DNA of 63,653 bases, the filler included, from Reclinomonas americana ATCC 50394 (Eukaryota), in NCBI GenBank assembly GCA_048213135.1. It is 15 parts of 15 records of this genome, joined end to end, with 100 filler letters (N's around TTAATTAATTAA, not from the genome) between each part and the next. Parts side by side here need not be neighbours in the genome. Positions count along the whole stretch, not along the records: positions 11,800 to 13,517 come from AFZH01020009.1; positions 13,618 to 15,399 come from AFZH01020010.1; positions 15,500 to 19,292 come from AFZH01020011.1; positions 19,393 to 26,608 come from AFZH01020012.1; 11 more parts are not named here. One strand, 5' to 3'. This document shows positions 11,969 through 25,700 of the stretch, one piece after another. The position numbers and the translations under genes are program-made. A model generated the notes under the pieces. That model was given only the letters and a program-made list of their open reading frames with translations, was not told the origin of the DNA and made no database searches. Within the stretch, counting starts at the first letter, position 1. Every line of letters starts with the position of its first letter.

Positions 11969-12635
11969 TTCTCTCTCTTTCTCTCTATGATCCTATTTCT
12001 GCCTCCACTTTCTCTCTCAATCCGTCCCTGCAACTACTCTTCGTACTGTGCTTTATTCTCGTTTCTGTCGATCTCTCAGGCTCTCGCTGCGAGCGCATAC
12101 CTTCTTAGTCTGTTGTTTCTTTTCCACCCTCTCTTCCTTTCTCTCTTCGTGCCTGCTGCCGCTTTCGAACTGTGTCTCACTCTCGTATCAGTCAGTCTCT
12201 TGTGCTGCGAGCGCATGCGTTCTGTGTGATCCGTCTCTTTCTCTCTTCTCTATTCTCCCTCCACATTGTTTCTCTCTTCTTGCCAGCAACCGCGTTTCGA
12301 ACTGTGTTCCACTCCTGTCTCAGTCGGTCGGTCGCTCTTGCTGCGAGCGCGTTTCTTCTATGTCTGTTGTCTCTTTTCTGCCTCCACTTTCTCCCGGTTG
12401 CGAACTGTTCTCCACTCTCATCTCAGCCAGTCACTCGTGCTGCGCGCACATTCCATTCGAGACAAGTCTTCGCTTGTTCTCCCTCTGTCCTTCTCGCTGT
12501 ATCGGCTCCCAGTTTCTCTCCTCACTTCTACATGCCTTTTCTCTCTCTCACACACACATTTTTACGCCTTCTCTCTTCTGCCTGCTGCTTCCACTACACT
12601 CTTCTCACTCGATCGCTCAGTTGCAAGCGAACACG

Positions 12636-12667
<32 letters not shown>

Positions 12668-15600
12668 CTCTCGTTCTCCAGTCACCTCTTGCTTTCTCTC
12701 CCCAGGATGCCCGTCCTCTGCTCTATGATCGTCACCGTTCTTAGTCTTTCACTCTCTGCACTTCGCGTATCCTCGATTCTCATCCAGTTCTCTTCACGTG
12801 TAACTCACCTCACGTTGCCTCATCTCTCCCCTTCATCCCTCATCCCTCCCTTCCCTCTTCCCCCCTTCCCCCTTCCCCCCTTCTGCCCTCCCTCACCCCT
12901 CCCCTCTCATCTCGACAGCGCCGCCGCCGCCTCCGAAATGTCCCCCACACCTCAACAACGCGCCCAATGGCGCCTATGGACCGTGCTCGTGCACAACCTG
13001 CACCGCGCCGTCGACGACATTTACGCCTCGTGCGAACTCGACGCCAACATTGACGGCTGCCGCGAAGTGATGCACACGCTCGATCAGTGCCACACCGACT
13101 TTTCGAATGTTGAGCGCCAGCATCCCCTCTTGTGATTGTAGCATGAGGTCTAATCGTTGGCGATGCTTGCACAGCTCATCAAGCAAATCGAGATCCAGGC
13201 CCAGTTCAACCCGCAGGCCGACAAGGGCGTGGCGTGGGACATTCGCAAGGCGTCACCGCCCGTGGTGGCGCCTCCCGCTGCGCTGCCCGTGTCGGCTGCT
13301 GGTGGATCGGGTGCGTTGATACTGGTGCGGTGATTGTTGCGAAGAGAAGCTCACTCTCAGCGTGCGCAGTGAATCTGCTGGTGCCCGGATCGCCCAACAT
13401 TCCCTCGTCGCCGACCAAGGTGCGTTTGTCGATCGGGTTCTCTTTTGGTGTTGCGTGCACGCCTCTCCTTCTGCCTCTCCCTCTTTCTCTCTCTCACTCC
13501 CTCTCTCTCTCTCTCTCNNNNNNNNNNNNNNNNNNNNNNNNNNNNNNNNNNNNNNNNNNNNTTAATTAATTAANNNNNNNNNNNNNNNNNNNNNNNNNNN
13601 NNNNNNNNNNNNNNNNNCACTCTCCTCTCTCTCCCCACTCTCTCTCTCTCTCTCTCTCCTCTCTCCCTCTCCTTCTCCTCTCCTCTCCTCCTCCTCTCTC
13701 TCTCCTCTTCTCTCTCTCCTCTCTCCCCTCTCTCCCCCTCTCCCTTTCTCCTCTCCTCTCTCCTTTTACCCTCTCTCCCCTCTCTCCTCCTCTCTCCCCC
13801 TCTCCCTTTCTCCTTCCCCTCTTTTCCCTCCCTTCTTCTCACCCTTCCCCTCCCTCCCTCCTCTTTCTCCCGCAGCCCCTTTCCCGCGCTTCCGGCAGCT
13901 ACGCGCAAGCCACCGTGTCCTCCTCTCGCAAGACCACCATCAAGAAGCTGGAGGTCGACAAGACAGGTGCGTTTCCTTCCCCTCTTCTGTCCATTTGCGT
14001 GCCTGTCCTCATCGTACCTCAGACTCGGCCACTGCTGCGGCCCCACCGCGCCCACCGCGCAAGGCGTGGGGAGCCACGTCATCGAATGCAGGCTCAGATG
14101 CCGACTCGGCATCGGCGACCGAAAGCGGCGCAGAAGCCGGCGCAGAGTCCGCGGCAACGGCGACAACGGCGACGGGTGCGAACGGCAACGCAGAGACCGC
14201 TGCCGCTGCTGCCGCCTCGTCAGGCGCTGCGTCGGGCACCGCTGCACCAGCTCCCGAGGCGACTGGCGAGAAACGTGCGTCGTCTCCACTTGTTCTTCTC
14301 CTTCGTTCATTTGCTCATCCATGCATTGCACAGCGGCGACCAAGAAGCGCGACTATGGAGAGGCAGCGCGGCGCAAGTCGGTGGGATCGCAGGCTGCCAA
14401 GGACCCCTCTGCGGCAGTCAAGGCTGGATTGGCCGCGCGGTCCGAGGAAGGTGGGAAGCAGAGGAGAAGTGACTCTGGTGTGATGTGTTGTTGACTCTGT
14501 CGTTGTGCAGACATGGAGGTCCAGTCGCTCAACTCCACCGATGGCCCACTGCCGAGTCTGGATGATGTGTTTGGCGGTCCGTCGGGCGATGGCCACTCGT
14601 GGAGTGAAATGTTGCGCATCGTGCGGAGGGGAAGAGAGTCATAACAATGCAGCCTGTCCTCGCTTTCATACTTCTCTTCTTCTCTGTACTCACCGCCCTC
14701 CCCCCTCCTTCTCCTTCTCCTCCCCCTCCTCAGGATGGCCATCACGGAGCCTAGCCCACCGCGCCACCGTCAACGCAAGCTCCACGAGCGCCTGTCGTCC
14801 CCTGAGCGGTCGCGGAAGCAGCCCGAGAACATTGAGCAAGTGCTGGCTGAGAAGCAGGTTTGCTCTGTTCCCCCGTTCTCTTCTTTCCACCATTCCTCAA
14901 CTTTGATGCCACGCCACAGAAAAAGGCCGAAGCCAATCGCAGCCGCCTGGTCAGCGAAAAGCAAGCCCGCCTGCAAGTGCAGTCGTCGAGGGTTCGTCAA
15001 CCCCACTCAGTCGCTGTTTATCTTCTCTGTCTCACATGTGCTTGCATGTCAGGTGCGTGACGTGCAGGAAAAGAACTCGACAACCGTCAAGAAGCTGCAA
15101 CAGGAGGTGGAGGAGAAACTGAGCCGGGCGGAGGAGGTATGTGATGATGATACTCTCCGTTCCTCCCTCTCTATTCATCCTTTTCGTTCCTCCCTTTCCG
15201 TTCTCCCTCTCCGTTCCTCCTTCCTCCTCCCCGTTCCTCCTTCCTCCTCTCCATTCCCCTCTCCATTCCCCCTCTCTGTCTTCCTTCCTTCTCTCCGCTC
15301 CCCCCTCTCCGCTCCCCCCTCTCCATTCCCCCCTCTCCATTCCCCCCTCTCCATTCCCCCCTCTCCATTCCCCCTCTCCATTCCCCCCTCTCCATTCCCN
15401 NNNNNNNNNNNNNNNNNNNNNNNNNNNNNNNNNNNNNNNNNNNTTAATTAATTAANNNNNNNNNNNNNNNNNNNNNNNNNNNNNNNNNNNNNNNNNNNNG
15501 TTCCCTCCTCTCCGTTCCCTCCTCTCCGTTCCCTCCTCCATTCCCTCCTCTCCCTACTTGCGCTTCGCTCACCTCCCATTCCCCCTCTCCGTACCCCCTC

Positions 15601-18600
15601 TCCGTACCCCCTCTCCATTCCCCCCTCTCCATTCCCACCTCTCCATTCCCCCCTCTCCCTCCGTTCCTCTCTCTCTCTCCTCTCCTTTCCTCCTTCCTCT
15701 TCTCCCGCTTGCCTCACCTCTTGTCCCCATCCCGCCCAGATTCACGAAGCCCACCTGCAAGCCATCCAAGACAAGGCCAGCTTGGAGAACTTGAAAGTCA
15801 ACGAGATTCAGTTCATCCAGACCCTCAGGTTTGAAACCACTCCCAATCGTTCGCGTGGTTGTCTTTCCATCCCGCTCATCTCTCTCTCTCAGCGAGGCCA
15901 ACCGGCGAGCGGAGCTTCTGCAGAGTCTCGAAGAAAAGGACGCGAGGATACAGGAAATGTTGCGTGATCGTTTGGAATCTTGTGGTTGTCAGGCTCTTGT
16001 CGTCTCATTTCCGTCGCAGTCGCGAGAGCAAGCGCCCGCGCTCTTCATTTGGCGGCACAGAAGGTATTCGTGCATTCACTTGATGTATCCTCGCCAGAAG
16101 CTGACCCTCCACTTTTTGTGCAGCGCCCGCGTCCAGCGAAACCCCGCCACCCAGTGGCGGAGATGGCGCAGGATCTTCGTCAAACAGCACCACCACCACT
16201 GCCACCTCCACCACAGCTGCCGCGAACGCCAACGCAGGCACAGCCGCTTCTGCGGCTGCTGGTGCTGGTTCGGCCGCTGGTAGCGCACCGGCAACTGCCG
16301 CTGCTGGAGCCTCGGCTGGCGGCAGCTCAGCGAATGCAGGTGCCAATGGCGATTCCTCGTCCGAATTCGGTGGCGCCGACGGTGGCGACAATGAGGGTCT
16401 GTGCAAGGAGATGCGTCGGAATAGTTTGTGTCACGCACTTACCAGTGATGTGGCAGGTCCATCGGAGAAGAAGAGATCGAAGGGCGCTGCGCGCCGCGTC
16501 AAGAAACTGCGCATGGTTGGCTATTACTCTCTTGCTCTCTTCTCTCCTCACTTTGGCTGACTCTGCCTGCACGCAGCGCATCCAAACCTATGCTCGGGAG
16601 TTCATGGAGTTTTTGTCCACAGACCTGGCGGCCTCCACTGTCCCGGCGATCGATACGTCGGTCAATGGTACGTCTCATTCTGCCACTCCTCAATTCATTG
16701 TGGACTCACATGTTCTGCTTACAGAGAGCGCCAGCGAGGAACCGTCAGAGGTTCATCTGCTTCATTGTCTTCTTTTTTTCGTCACGTCGTCTCACTTTTT
16801 CTTCGACAGGCATCATCGTCATCTGCTGCCGCTCCACCGACTTCTCTGTCGCCCACCTCTTCGGCATCGGCCACCAAAGCAGCCAAGGGCGGTCCACACA
16901 ACCCGCGCATCACTCGCATTCTTGGTGCGTCACGAGTGCGTAACACTATCTGATTTTTCTGCTCACTCGTGCTTCTTTCGCAGGCGAGCTGCAGAGCCAG
17001 CTGACTGCCAAGTGCGTCAATGACACGCGGCCATTGTTGCAGGATCTCCTCAAGTTCCTGGATCACAAGGTGAGCGCGAGAGAGGAGCAGGGAAGGGAGG
17101 GAAGAATTGAAGATAATGGGGTGAGACGTGCGGGGGCGACAGGAGAAGAGAGAAAGAGAATGGACTGACACTTGCATGAGCGCGAAGTCAGGAGTGGAGA
17201 CGATTGGGGAGGGGAATAGTAGAAACAGAGGACAGGTGTATAAAGGGACAAGAAAGACGTGCATGGACGGGAAAAGAAGAGAGGCGAGGGGAAGCAGAAG
17301 AGAAGTGTGAAGTGCACTGATATCTGGGAAAGCGAAAAGAGGAGAATTGTAGCCAGGGAAGGAGATGAAGGGAGGCAAGAACCTATAGTGACAAGAATAG
17401 ATTGGTAGAGAAAACTGAGCATACGAAGAATGTTGATTATCGTCTGATCACTTCCATGCAGCGCGACATTGACCTGCACTCGATTCGCACGAGTGGCGGT
17501 ATCGATCTGCTCTTCCAGATGATTGCTGTCGTCACGCCGACCACATCCTCCTTGTTGCGTTCGCCCTCCACATACCTCCCTTGACCTCTTCGTGCTCACT
17601 CGCTTCATCCCCGCAGGGTGCTGCGCTTGCTCGGCCAGGTGCTGTCTGTGGTGCTCAGCTTGAAGACCAACGCCGTCTACGTGCTCCACTCCGGCAAGGT
17701 GGTGAAGTTGATTGCGTGGCTCATCAATGTGCTTGACAAGGACGAGTTGTACGTGGCCGCGTTTGTGTCGACCCTCATCCATATTCTGTCGGAGGGATTC
17801 GATCGGCAGGCGTGGACGCCGTCCATTCACCAGCTCAAGGATGATGTGTTGGGGTGAGGAAGGGGAAGGGAAAGGGAGAAGGGAGGAGAAGGGGAAGAAA
17901 GAGAGAGTGGGAGGGATTTGTTAACGAAGGGAGCATGATGGGAGAGGGTGCGAGAGCGGCTACAAATGAGGGAAAAGAGAATGGAGGAGAAGTGAAAGGG
18001 GGGAGAGGAGGAGACGCACAGACTGAGATGAACTGAGTAAGGAACGTGCGCAGAGAGAATTTCTGTTCATTTCCCTCACTTCCATCTCGCAGACTGTTCC
18101 TCGTCTCTGGCGGCGACGCACAAGTCAAGGATCGCCTGTGCCTGCCCAAGGGAGCCTTCGATCCCACCGCTGTCTCCACGGCCATTGTGCATCGCTGCTT
18201 GCTGCTGTTGGAAGTCATGACGTCGTACACGGAGAGGAGGTGTGCTTCATCGCCGTGAAGAGCTCTGAGCTCGACGTTGACTCACCGTTCGTGACGCAGA
18301 CTCGTCTCCAAGCCTCTGTTCCAGCCGCCGACACCAGTGACCGCCAGTGACAGCACGCAGCAGGCGTTGTGTGAGCTGGCGTTGACGAGTTGCGCAAGTG
18401 GCACGAAGTCCCGCTCGTGTGTGATAATGCTCATTTTCTTTGGTTCAGGTGTCATTGATCTGCTCGGTGGTCTGCTGGTTCAGGCCTCTGCTGGCCCATC
18501 TCGCGGATCACTCGCCGCTTCTGCGCTCTCACCCACCGCGTGCAACATGGTGTGCGTGGCAGTGCGCATTCTCAACAATGTGGCGCGCTTGAATCTGCCC

Positions 18601-20740
18601 ATGCTGCAAGTGAGTTCCATTCACGCGCTGCATTCGCTCTCGTCGTCTCTATGTCTCTCTCATCCTCATTTCACGCAAGTCCGATGTTTGCCATGCTCTT
18701 CTGTCCAAAGACATCTATTGCTCTCAGCGTCTGCTCTCCCTCTCTGTCTGTGCCTTACCTCTCACTCTTAAGGCTTCTCTTTTCTCTCTCTCTCTCTCTC
18801 TCGCTCTCTCGCTCTCTCTCTCACTTCTCTTTTCCCTTCACATCTCCTCTTCCTCACTCTTCTCCCCTCCCAGGACTTCCTCGGCGCGCGCCACCAGGCC
18901 GAATTCTCCCAGATCCTCTCCCACTTGATGGCCTTCTGCTGCACGCACCCCGAAGTCGCCTCTGGCGCCCACCTCGGCACCGTGATTGAGCTGTCGGATG
19001 AGGACGGCGATGTGCTGCAGCGCAAGTTCGAGATCAAGGACATTCTGCACGAGTTGATATTGTTGACGGTGAGAAATGACAAGGATGATGGTGACATCCG
19101 CAGTGCGTTTCTCACCGACTCTCGATCGTTAGGGTGCCGTGTGCTTGGACAACCCCAAAACGCAAGAGATGCTGCAGTGGAGTCTCACGCCGAGCACGTT
19201 GCATCGACTGTGCACGCTGCCGATTGTGTATTACACCAATCCGAGGTGAGTGTGAGGGAGAAGGAGAGGGAGAAGGCGAAGGAAAGGGGAGANNNNNNNN
19301 NNNNNNNNNNNNNNNNNNNNNNNNNNNNNNNNNNNNTTAATTAATTAANNNNNNNNNNNNNNNNNNNNNNNNNNNNNNNNNNNNNNNNNNNNGGGGAGAG
19401 GGGAGAGGGAGAGAGAGAGGGGAGAGGGGAAAGGGGAGAGGAAGAGGGAGGAAAAGAGTGCTCCGCGAAAGGACAGACAGATAGAGAGAGAAACAGAGAG
19501 AGACAGAGAGAAGACAAGGAGAGACAAGGAGAGACAAGGAGAGACAGAGAGGGAGAGAAAGAGAGAGAGATAACCAAGATAGAGTGGATCGCTTCTGCTG
19601 CTTACAGTTTCAACGTTGGCTCTGCCTGCTGTCCACTTGTTCACAGGTTAATACCTGTCTTTCATTCACTCGCTTTTGTCCTTCCACGGTTCTCCCCCCT
19701 TTGTTCCTCTCTTGTTTCACATTTCACTAACTGTCTCAATCCGCATTCCCATTCCTTCCTCTTCAAATGCAATGCGGTGCTCTGTTTTACCCAATAATGC
19801 TTGTCCTTGTTGTTTCTTGCTCCGCTCCTTCCCTGCTATCGAGACGAACATTCTTCTGATGCATGTGAGAACGCATGTCACTCTATTGAGTGATCTGTTC
19901 TCCCAGCTTCCTCCGTTCTCTCCCTTTTTTAATCTCACTTTTGCTTCACATTTCTCTAACCGTCTCAATCCGCATTCTCATTCTTTCCACTTCAATGCAC
20001 ACGCACATGCAACTGCCCTGACTCTCACTGTCTCAGTCCTCATCACCGTTGTCAATTGTTTCTGCTTCATCCTTCTTCGATCACCGTGTTAGCCTTTCCG
20101 CTCCTCCGCTCCTTCTTCCATTCGTCCTTTCCCTCTTTCATTTCCCACTCCCCCTTTCCCTTTTCCCCCTTCCCCTTTCCCTTTTCCCCCTTTCCCCTTT
20201 CCCTCTTTCCCTTTCCCCTTTCCCTTTCCCCCTTTCCCCTTTCCCATTTCCCCCTTTCCCTTGTCCCCCATTCCCCTTCCCCCTTTCCCTTCCCGCCCCT
20301 TCCCCTTTCCCCCTTTCCCTTTCCCCTCATTTCCCCCTTCCCGGCGCAGGCTCAAAATGGTCCTCTTCCCCACCCTCCTGGCCGTCATCCACAACAACCC
20401 CACCAACCGCGCCCTCGTCAGCCAAGAACTCTCCCTCGCCATGCTCTGCTCGTTCACCCGCGAGCCGCCACCCGAGGCACTGCAAGTCAGCCCCAAGTTC
20501 CTCCTGCAGCTGCGCGTACCGCCGTCGCATCTGACACTCACCGAAGACGACACGGTGGCTGCTGCTGCTCCGCCGCCACCGCCACCACCACCACCACCAC
20601 CACCAACAGCGCCTGTCGACGGAGAAGTCGCTGCAGCAGCAGCAGCAGCAGAAGCACCGCCAGTGGCGAGCGACGCTCCGCCAGCGGCAGCGGTTGTCGA
20701 CAGCGAGAGCGCACCCGCAGCACCACCCACAGAATCGTAG
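10208..20740 (+). CDS. SCAPER: SCAPER (S-phase cyclin A-associated protein in the ER) homolog, ~25 exons spanning four spacers
   Basis: SCAPER_N-like WTVLVHNLHRAVDDIYASCELDANIDGCREVMHTLDQCHTDFSN-LIKQI..VAWDIRK, then KLHERLSSPER and coiled coils (ENLKVNEIQFI). The C-terminus reads ILHELILLTGAVCLDNP..LHRLCTLPIVYYTNPRLKMVLFPTLLAVIHNNPTNRALVSQELSLAML. Linking the first two exons (10208-10445, 10936-11344) is inferred from compatible intron phase. Confidence 0.85.
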
Positions 20741-20807
20741 TAGTCCTCTATATCCGCTTAAAAAAATTGGGCACATTTCATTTTCGCTTTCCTCCTTTAT
20801 CATCATT

Positions 20808-22764
20808 TTATCGTACATATTCATCTTCGTCGCCACTGTCGACGTGCATTGGCATCATAATGCAGTCGTCGTCGGACCAGTGCAAGAAGCTGGTGATTAT
20901 GGCGCACTCGCTCATGCCCAGACGCAGCGACTCGTCGTTGGAGCCCTGCAGGCAGATGCGCAAAATTCGAGCCTGCGCGTAACCCCACAGTGGCACGCGG
21001 CAGAGCGGGGTAAGGAGCTCGTTGACGTAGGTGCGGAATGACTCGCCGCCTTCCCACTTGGGTGGTGCCTGATTGGACACGGAGAAGAATGAGTTCTCTG
21101 AAAGGGGTGAGGCTTGAGCGCATCTTGGCACGCAACGACACCCGACGGCATCTGGCACGGAACGCCACGCAATCTCTCGTCCTCACGGATAATGGCGCGC
21201 ACATCACGGACGAGTTCCAGGGGCAAGCAGTCAATCAGCCCGAGGAATACGCGACTGCGGGGCACCTTCTGCACAGGCACGAGGGGTAAGAGAGGGCGTT
21301 GACTTTGCTCAAAGATGGGGGGGGTGAACGGACCTGCGGCTCCTGCAGCAACCGCTGCCAGTACACGTACAGATTGGAGAAGCGCTCCAGGCATGTAGCG
21401 ATCCGCGTATTGAGTGTCGGGTGGAAACCAGGGAAGCAGTAGCTGGCCAGTGTGGTTGGCAGCCCGGTCCGGTAGGATCGGAAGCGAAGACCAAGAGCTG
21501 TGTGGAAGGACAAGAGATGAGCATTCACATAGAGAACGGCACGCTCTTTGTTTGAGAAGGAGACAAACCAGTCATCTCGCTCTTGGATCGAAGCAATTCG
21601 CGGCCATAGACTGTAGAGAGAGCGCGGGTAAGTGGCGTGTCTCTCACAAGTGGGGGTCAGCAAGCTTCACAACTTCGTTCATAATCGTCCACCGTGCCCA
21701 GCGAATTTCCTGCGCACCAACATGAGCACACAAGCGAGAGAGCACACAGAACTTTGCTCCGCGTCGCAACTCTTTCGCATTTGCGCCTCGGGTGAGAACG
21801 CTGCACGACGACTGCCCGCTGATGAGGGAGTCTGTGGAGCGCCGCCGGCAGCGGGCGAGGTCGGAGTGGCGATGGGCGATGGCGCCATGCGGTGCTTCAT
21901 GGCCGACTTGGTGGGCGTGGTGGCCGAGGCTGGCGACAGCGCGGCGTGCGAGGCCGCCGTGGCCGCTGGACTGAGAGGCAGAGACGGCGTGGCCACAGCC
22001 AACGCCACGCTGCCGCGACGAGCACCAATCGCCGACTGCTTCACCTCGCGCTCGGCCACGGCCGCAAACAGCTGCTTGCGGAACTCCGGGTTGCGCTCAA
22101 AGTACACCTCCAGGCGCTCCCAGCACTCGTCCTCGTCGGCGTCGCGGAAATTAGCAAAGTCCTCTGTGTCACAAGACGGTGAGAGAGATGCGAGTGGGAG
22201 GAAGAGCATAGTTTTGTGACGCACCCGCCACACCCGACACCATCATGTCGAACGCCTGTTTGCGCTGCGCTGCGGTGCTGTCCTCGTCCTCCAGCAGGCC
22301 CATGATGTAGTCAAAGGTGACGGTGGAGACGGCCAGGGAACCGCGGCGAGCGAGTGCGAGGGAGGCCGTGCTGAGCGCCGTCAGCGGGATGAGCGGTGTG
22401 CACTTGGTGGCTGTGTGTGTGGGTGAGAAGGAGAGGGGAGAAGTAGAAGTTATATGCTCGTCGGAATCACCTTTCAGCACGTCCTCCACGCCGGTGCGCA
22501 GCTTTGGCTTCATCTTGAGCAGGGTGTCGAGGCGCTCCCAGAACTGCGCCTCCGTCATGTCGTTGAAGTCCACGAATCGTCCTGGGAAGGGGGAAGGGGA
22601 AAAGGGAAAGGGGAAAGGAAAGGTGAGTAGAGGCAAAGGAGAGGGCGGGGGAAAGGGAGGGTGAGTAGAGAGAGAAGGGGAGGAGAGAAAGAGTGAGGGC
22701 AAATTGCATGGGGTGAGAAAAAACATGACAAGAACAAGTGAGAACAAGTAAGCGAGAGGCAGAT

Positions 22765-22796
<32 letters not shown>

Positions 22797-25700
22797 GGAG
22801 AAGCATGGGTGAGAGACAGGGCAGACAGCAAAGGCGAGAGAGTGTGAGAGTGAGAGACAGCGAGAACGCAAATAACTGAGGGCGGAAGTCAGATAAAGTT
22901 GGTGAGAATAAGAGCGAGAGCCAGCAAGAGCGAGAGACGGTAAGAGCGAGAGACGGAAAGAGCGAAAGACAGCTAGAGAAAACAGGGGCGAGAATTACCG
23001 AGAGGGAGAGGGTGAGTGCAAGAGAGAGTGAGGCAGAGAGAGAGAGAGAAGCAAGCGATTGGAAGGGCGCGAGACAAGGAGGCAAGAGACGGAGAGACAA
23101 AAAGGGCAAGAGATAGAGCGAGAGAGAGGCGCTGATGAAATACATAACTAGAATGAGAGTGTGAGGGCAGGAGACAGCAACTGCGAAAGAGAGAGAGAGT
23201 GCGAGAGAGAGAGCGCGAGAACGGAGAGAAAGACATGCAAGGAGAGGACTGCGAGAGGTAGAGAGACTGAGAGGCAGAGAGCGAGACAGAGACAGCAAGG
23301 GCAAGAGACAGAGAGAGAGAGAGAGAGAAAGAGAGAGCGCTGATGAAATACAGCAACTAGAATGAGAGTGTGAGGGCAAGAGACAGAGGAGGGTTAGAGT
23401 AAGGGCGAGAAAGGATGAGCGCAAGAGAGACAGAGACGGCAAGAAAGTGAGAGCGGACAAGAGATACAGTATAAACAAAAGATGACGAGGGCCATGAAGT
23501 ATGCGCAACTCTCAATCGAGGCCGCCAGTGTGTCAAAACCACTCTCCACCACCACCTGTGCCGCTGAATCGAGCATGCGCAACAGGCGGGCATACGTGTT
23601 GCGTGCCAGCGATTCTGTGAGAAGGCGACACTGCCATTCAGCAAACAAGGACATGAGCACTGAGGTTTCAGCACTCGCACCTCTTCTTGAGTACAGGCGG
23701 TCATTGACACTGCGTCGGCGTTTGCGGGGGGTGAACAGCTCCGGGTCGATCACGGCTGCAAAGTTGAGCGATTTCTTCGAGGAGGCTTGGTCGGGACCTG
23801 TGCGGAAAAGAGAGATCAGAGAGGGGGAAGGAGAAGGGGGAAAAGAGAGCAAAGTCGGACGCACTTAGTGCCAATGCGAGCGGGCTCTTGCCAAACATCA
23901 TCTCCGTGCCAGCCAGGGTGGCGCGACGGTGTCTCGAGTCACTCGTTTTTCTCATTTCTGTGAGGCAAGAGAGTGTGAGAGTCAAACACAAGAAGAAACA
24001 GGGAGACAGAGAAGGAGAGGGACATAGAGAGAAGAGAGAATTAAAAAGAGCGCTCCATAAAACGCGCGAAATGCACAGCATGCTCATCTGCTTGCAGAAC
24101 AGCAACTGACTGCAAGCATTGACAACTGGCAAGACTATGCGAAAAGTGAACGAGAGAGAAAAAGACTGTTATAGAGACAGAAAATAAGAGAAAGAAAGAG
24201 ACAAGTGAAGTAGAACGCTTAGAGGGGGCAACAGAAACTGCGAAAACTGATGGCGAGGGAGAAAACGAAATAGCGAGAAAGAGAGAAAGACAGAAAAGGA
24301 GGCAAAGAGTGAGAGAAGAGGGAGAAATGCACGGGGAGGAAGAATGAATGAGCTGAATGAAAGACATAAGAAGGGGAATGTCACAGAAGAGAAACAAAGA
24401 ATCATGCAAGCGGAAAGACTACAGACTCTGAAGAAGAAGTCGCACTGAGAGAGTTACACAGCGATATGTATTAAGGCAGGCCTCCTCCCTCCTCCTGCTC
24501 TACCACTGAGAGAGCGAGAGCGGAAGCGAATGAGACTTGAAGACGCAGTATAGAAACTGAGAATAACTCTGCAGGGACGAAGAAACCGCACTGAGAGAGT
24601 TACACAGCGAGATGCATTGAAGCAGGCTCTTCCCTTTTTCTGCCCTTCCCTGTACTCACTCCCGAGAGAATACTGAGAAAGCAAGAGCGGAAGCGAATGA
24701 GACATGAAGACACAGAAGAGAAACAGAGAATCGCTCATCGGAAATATTCACAGAGCGAGTTAGAATAGACCTCTCCCCTTCTCTCTCCCCTCCCTCCCCT
24801 TCTCCCTTCCCCATCCTCCCTTCCCCTCCCTTCCCCTTCGCCAAACCCACCTGACTCATCCTGCAGTTCGGCATCAATCTCACTCAACAACCGCGCCAGT
24901 TCGGAATCGGCGTCCACCACCATCGCCTTGCTGCCCGACGGTGTGGCGGGCGGCAGCATGGAAGATGGTGACCTCGACGGCGAGCGACCCATCTTGGACT
25001 TGCCGTCGAACGAGCCTTGAGAGGCTGTGTGTGTGACTCGCGGTGGTGAGCAACCCAGACGCTTCTCTCTCCCTTGCTCTCACAGCTCACCTTGCCGTCT
25101 CATGATCTCGCGCTTGTCGTGCACCCATTTGAGGAGATTCCAGAACGAGTTCACCGCCTTGAAGGTGGACCACAAAGCGGGGGTCAGTCGCGAATATCCA
25201 CACGCCACACTCTCCATTCTCTCTCTCCTTCTTTCCAACTGCACATACTCTGTTTGGCACAATTGTCCACGCACCTTGAACAGATCAATGTTGCGCTCGC
25301 TGGTGCGCGGCTCAATAGCCCCGCACGCAATCAGCGGTTCCATCAAATCCAAAAACTGCATGCGCATCGCCACATCCAACAACGTCTCGCCCGTCGTGGC
25401 GTCCACACAGTCGAGCCAGCACCCGGTTTCGGCCAGCATTCGCGCTCCCTGTTCTCACCATTCCAGTGAGAAAAATGAAAAGAAAAGGACACTTGCCCTC
25501 CTCACGCAACATCGACATTCTCCATCAGCAGCGCCTGGTGCAGCGGGTTGGACTGCTCGGGCGCATTGACCTTGGCGCCGTGCGACACGAGATTTTCGAG
25601 AACATTCACTGGCGCACCGGCACGCAGCGCCAGCAGCAGCGGTGTGTGGGTGGCCGGTGTGCCTGGCGGGTTGAGATCGGCGCCCGACTCCACCAACAGC

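Noticed and set aside
10437..13135. Long ORFs rich in S/L/H/T or E/R (also 22555-23508, 26657-27280, 51709-52443, 57383-57950)
   Set aside because: The low-complexity parts are translations of (CT)n, (CA)n and (GA)n intronic microsatellites that lack stops by composition. Only the short embedded exons were kept.
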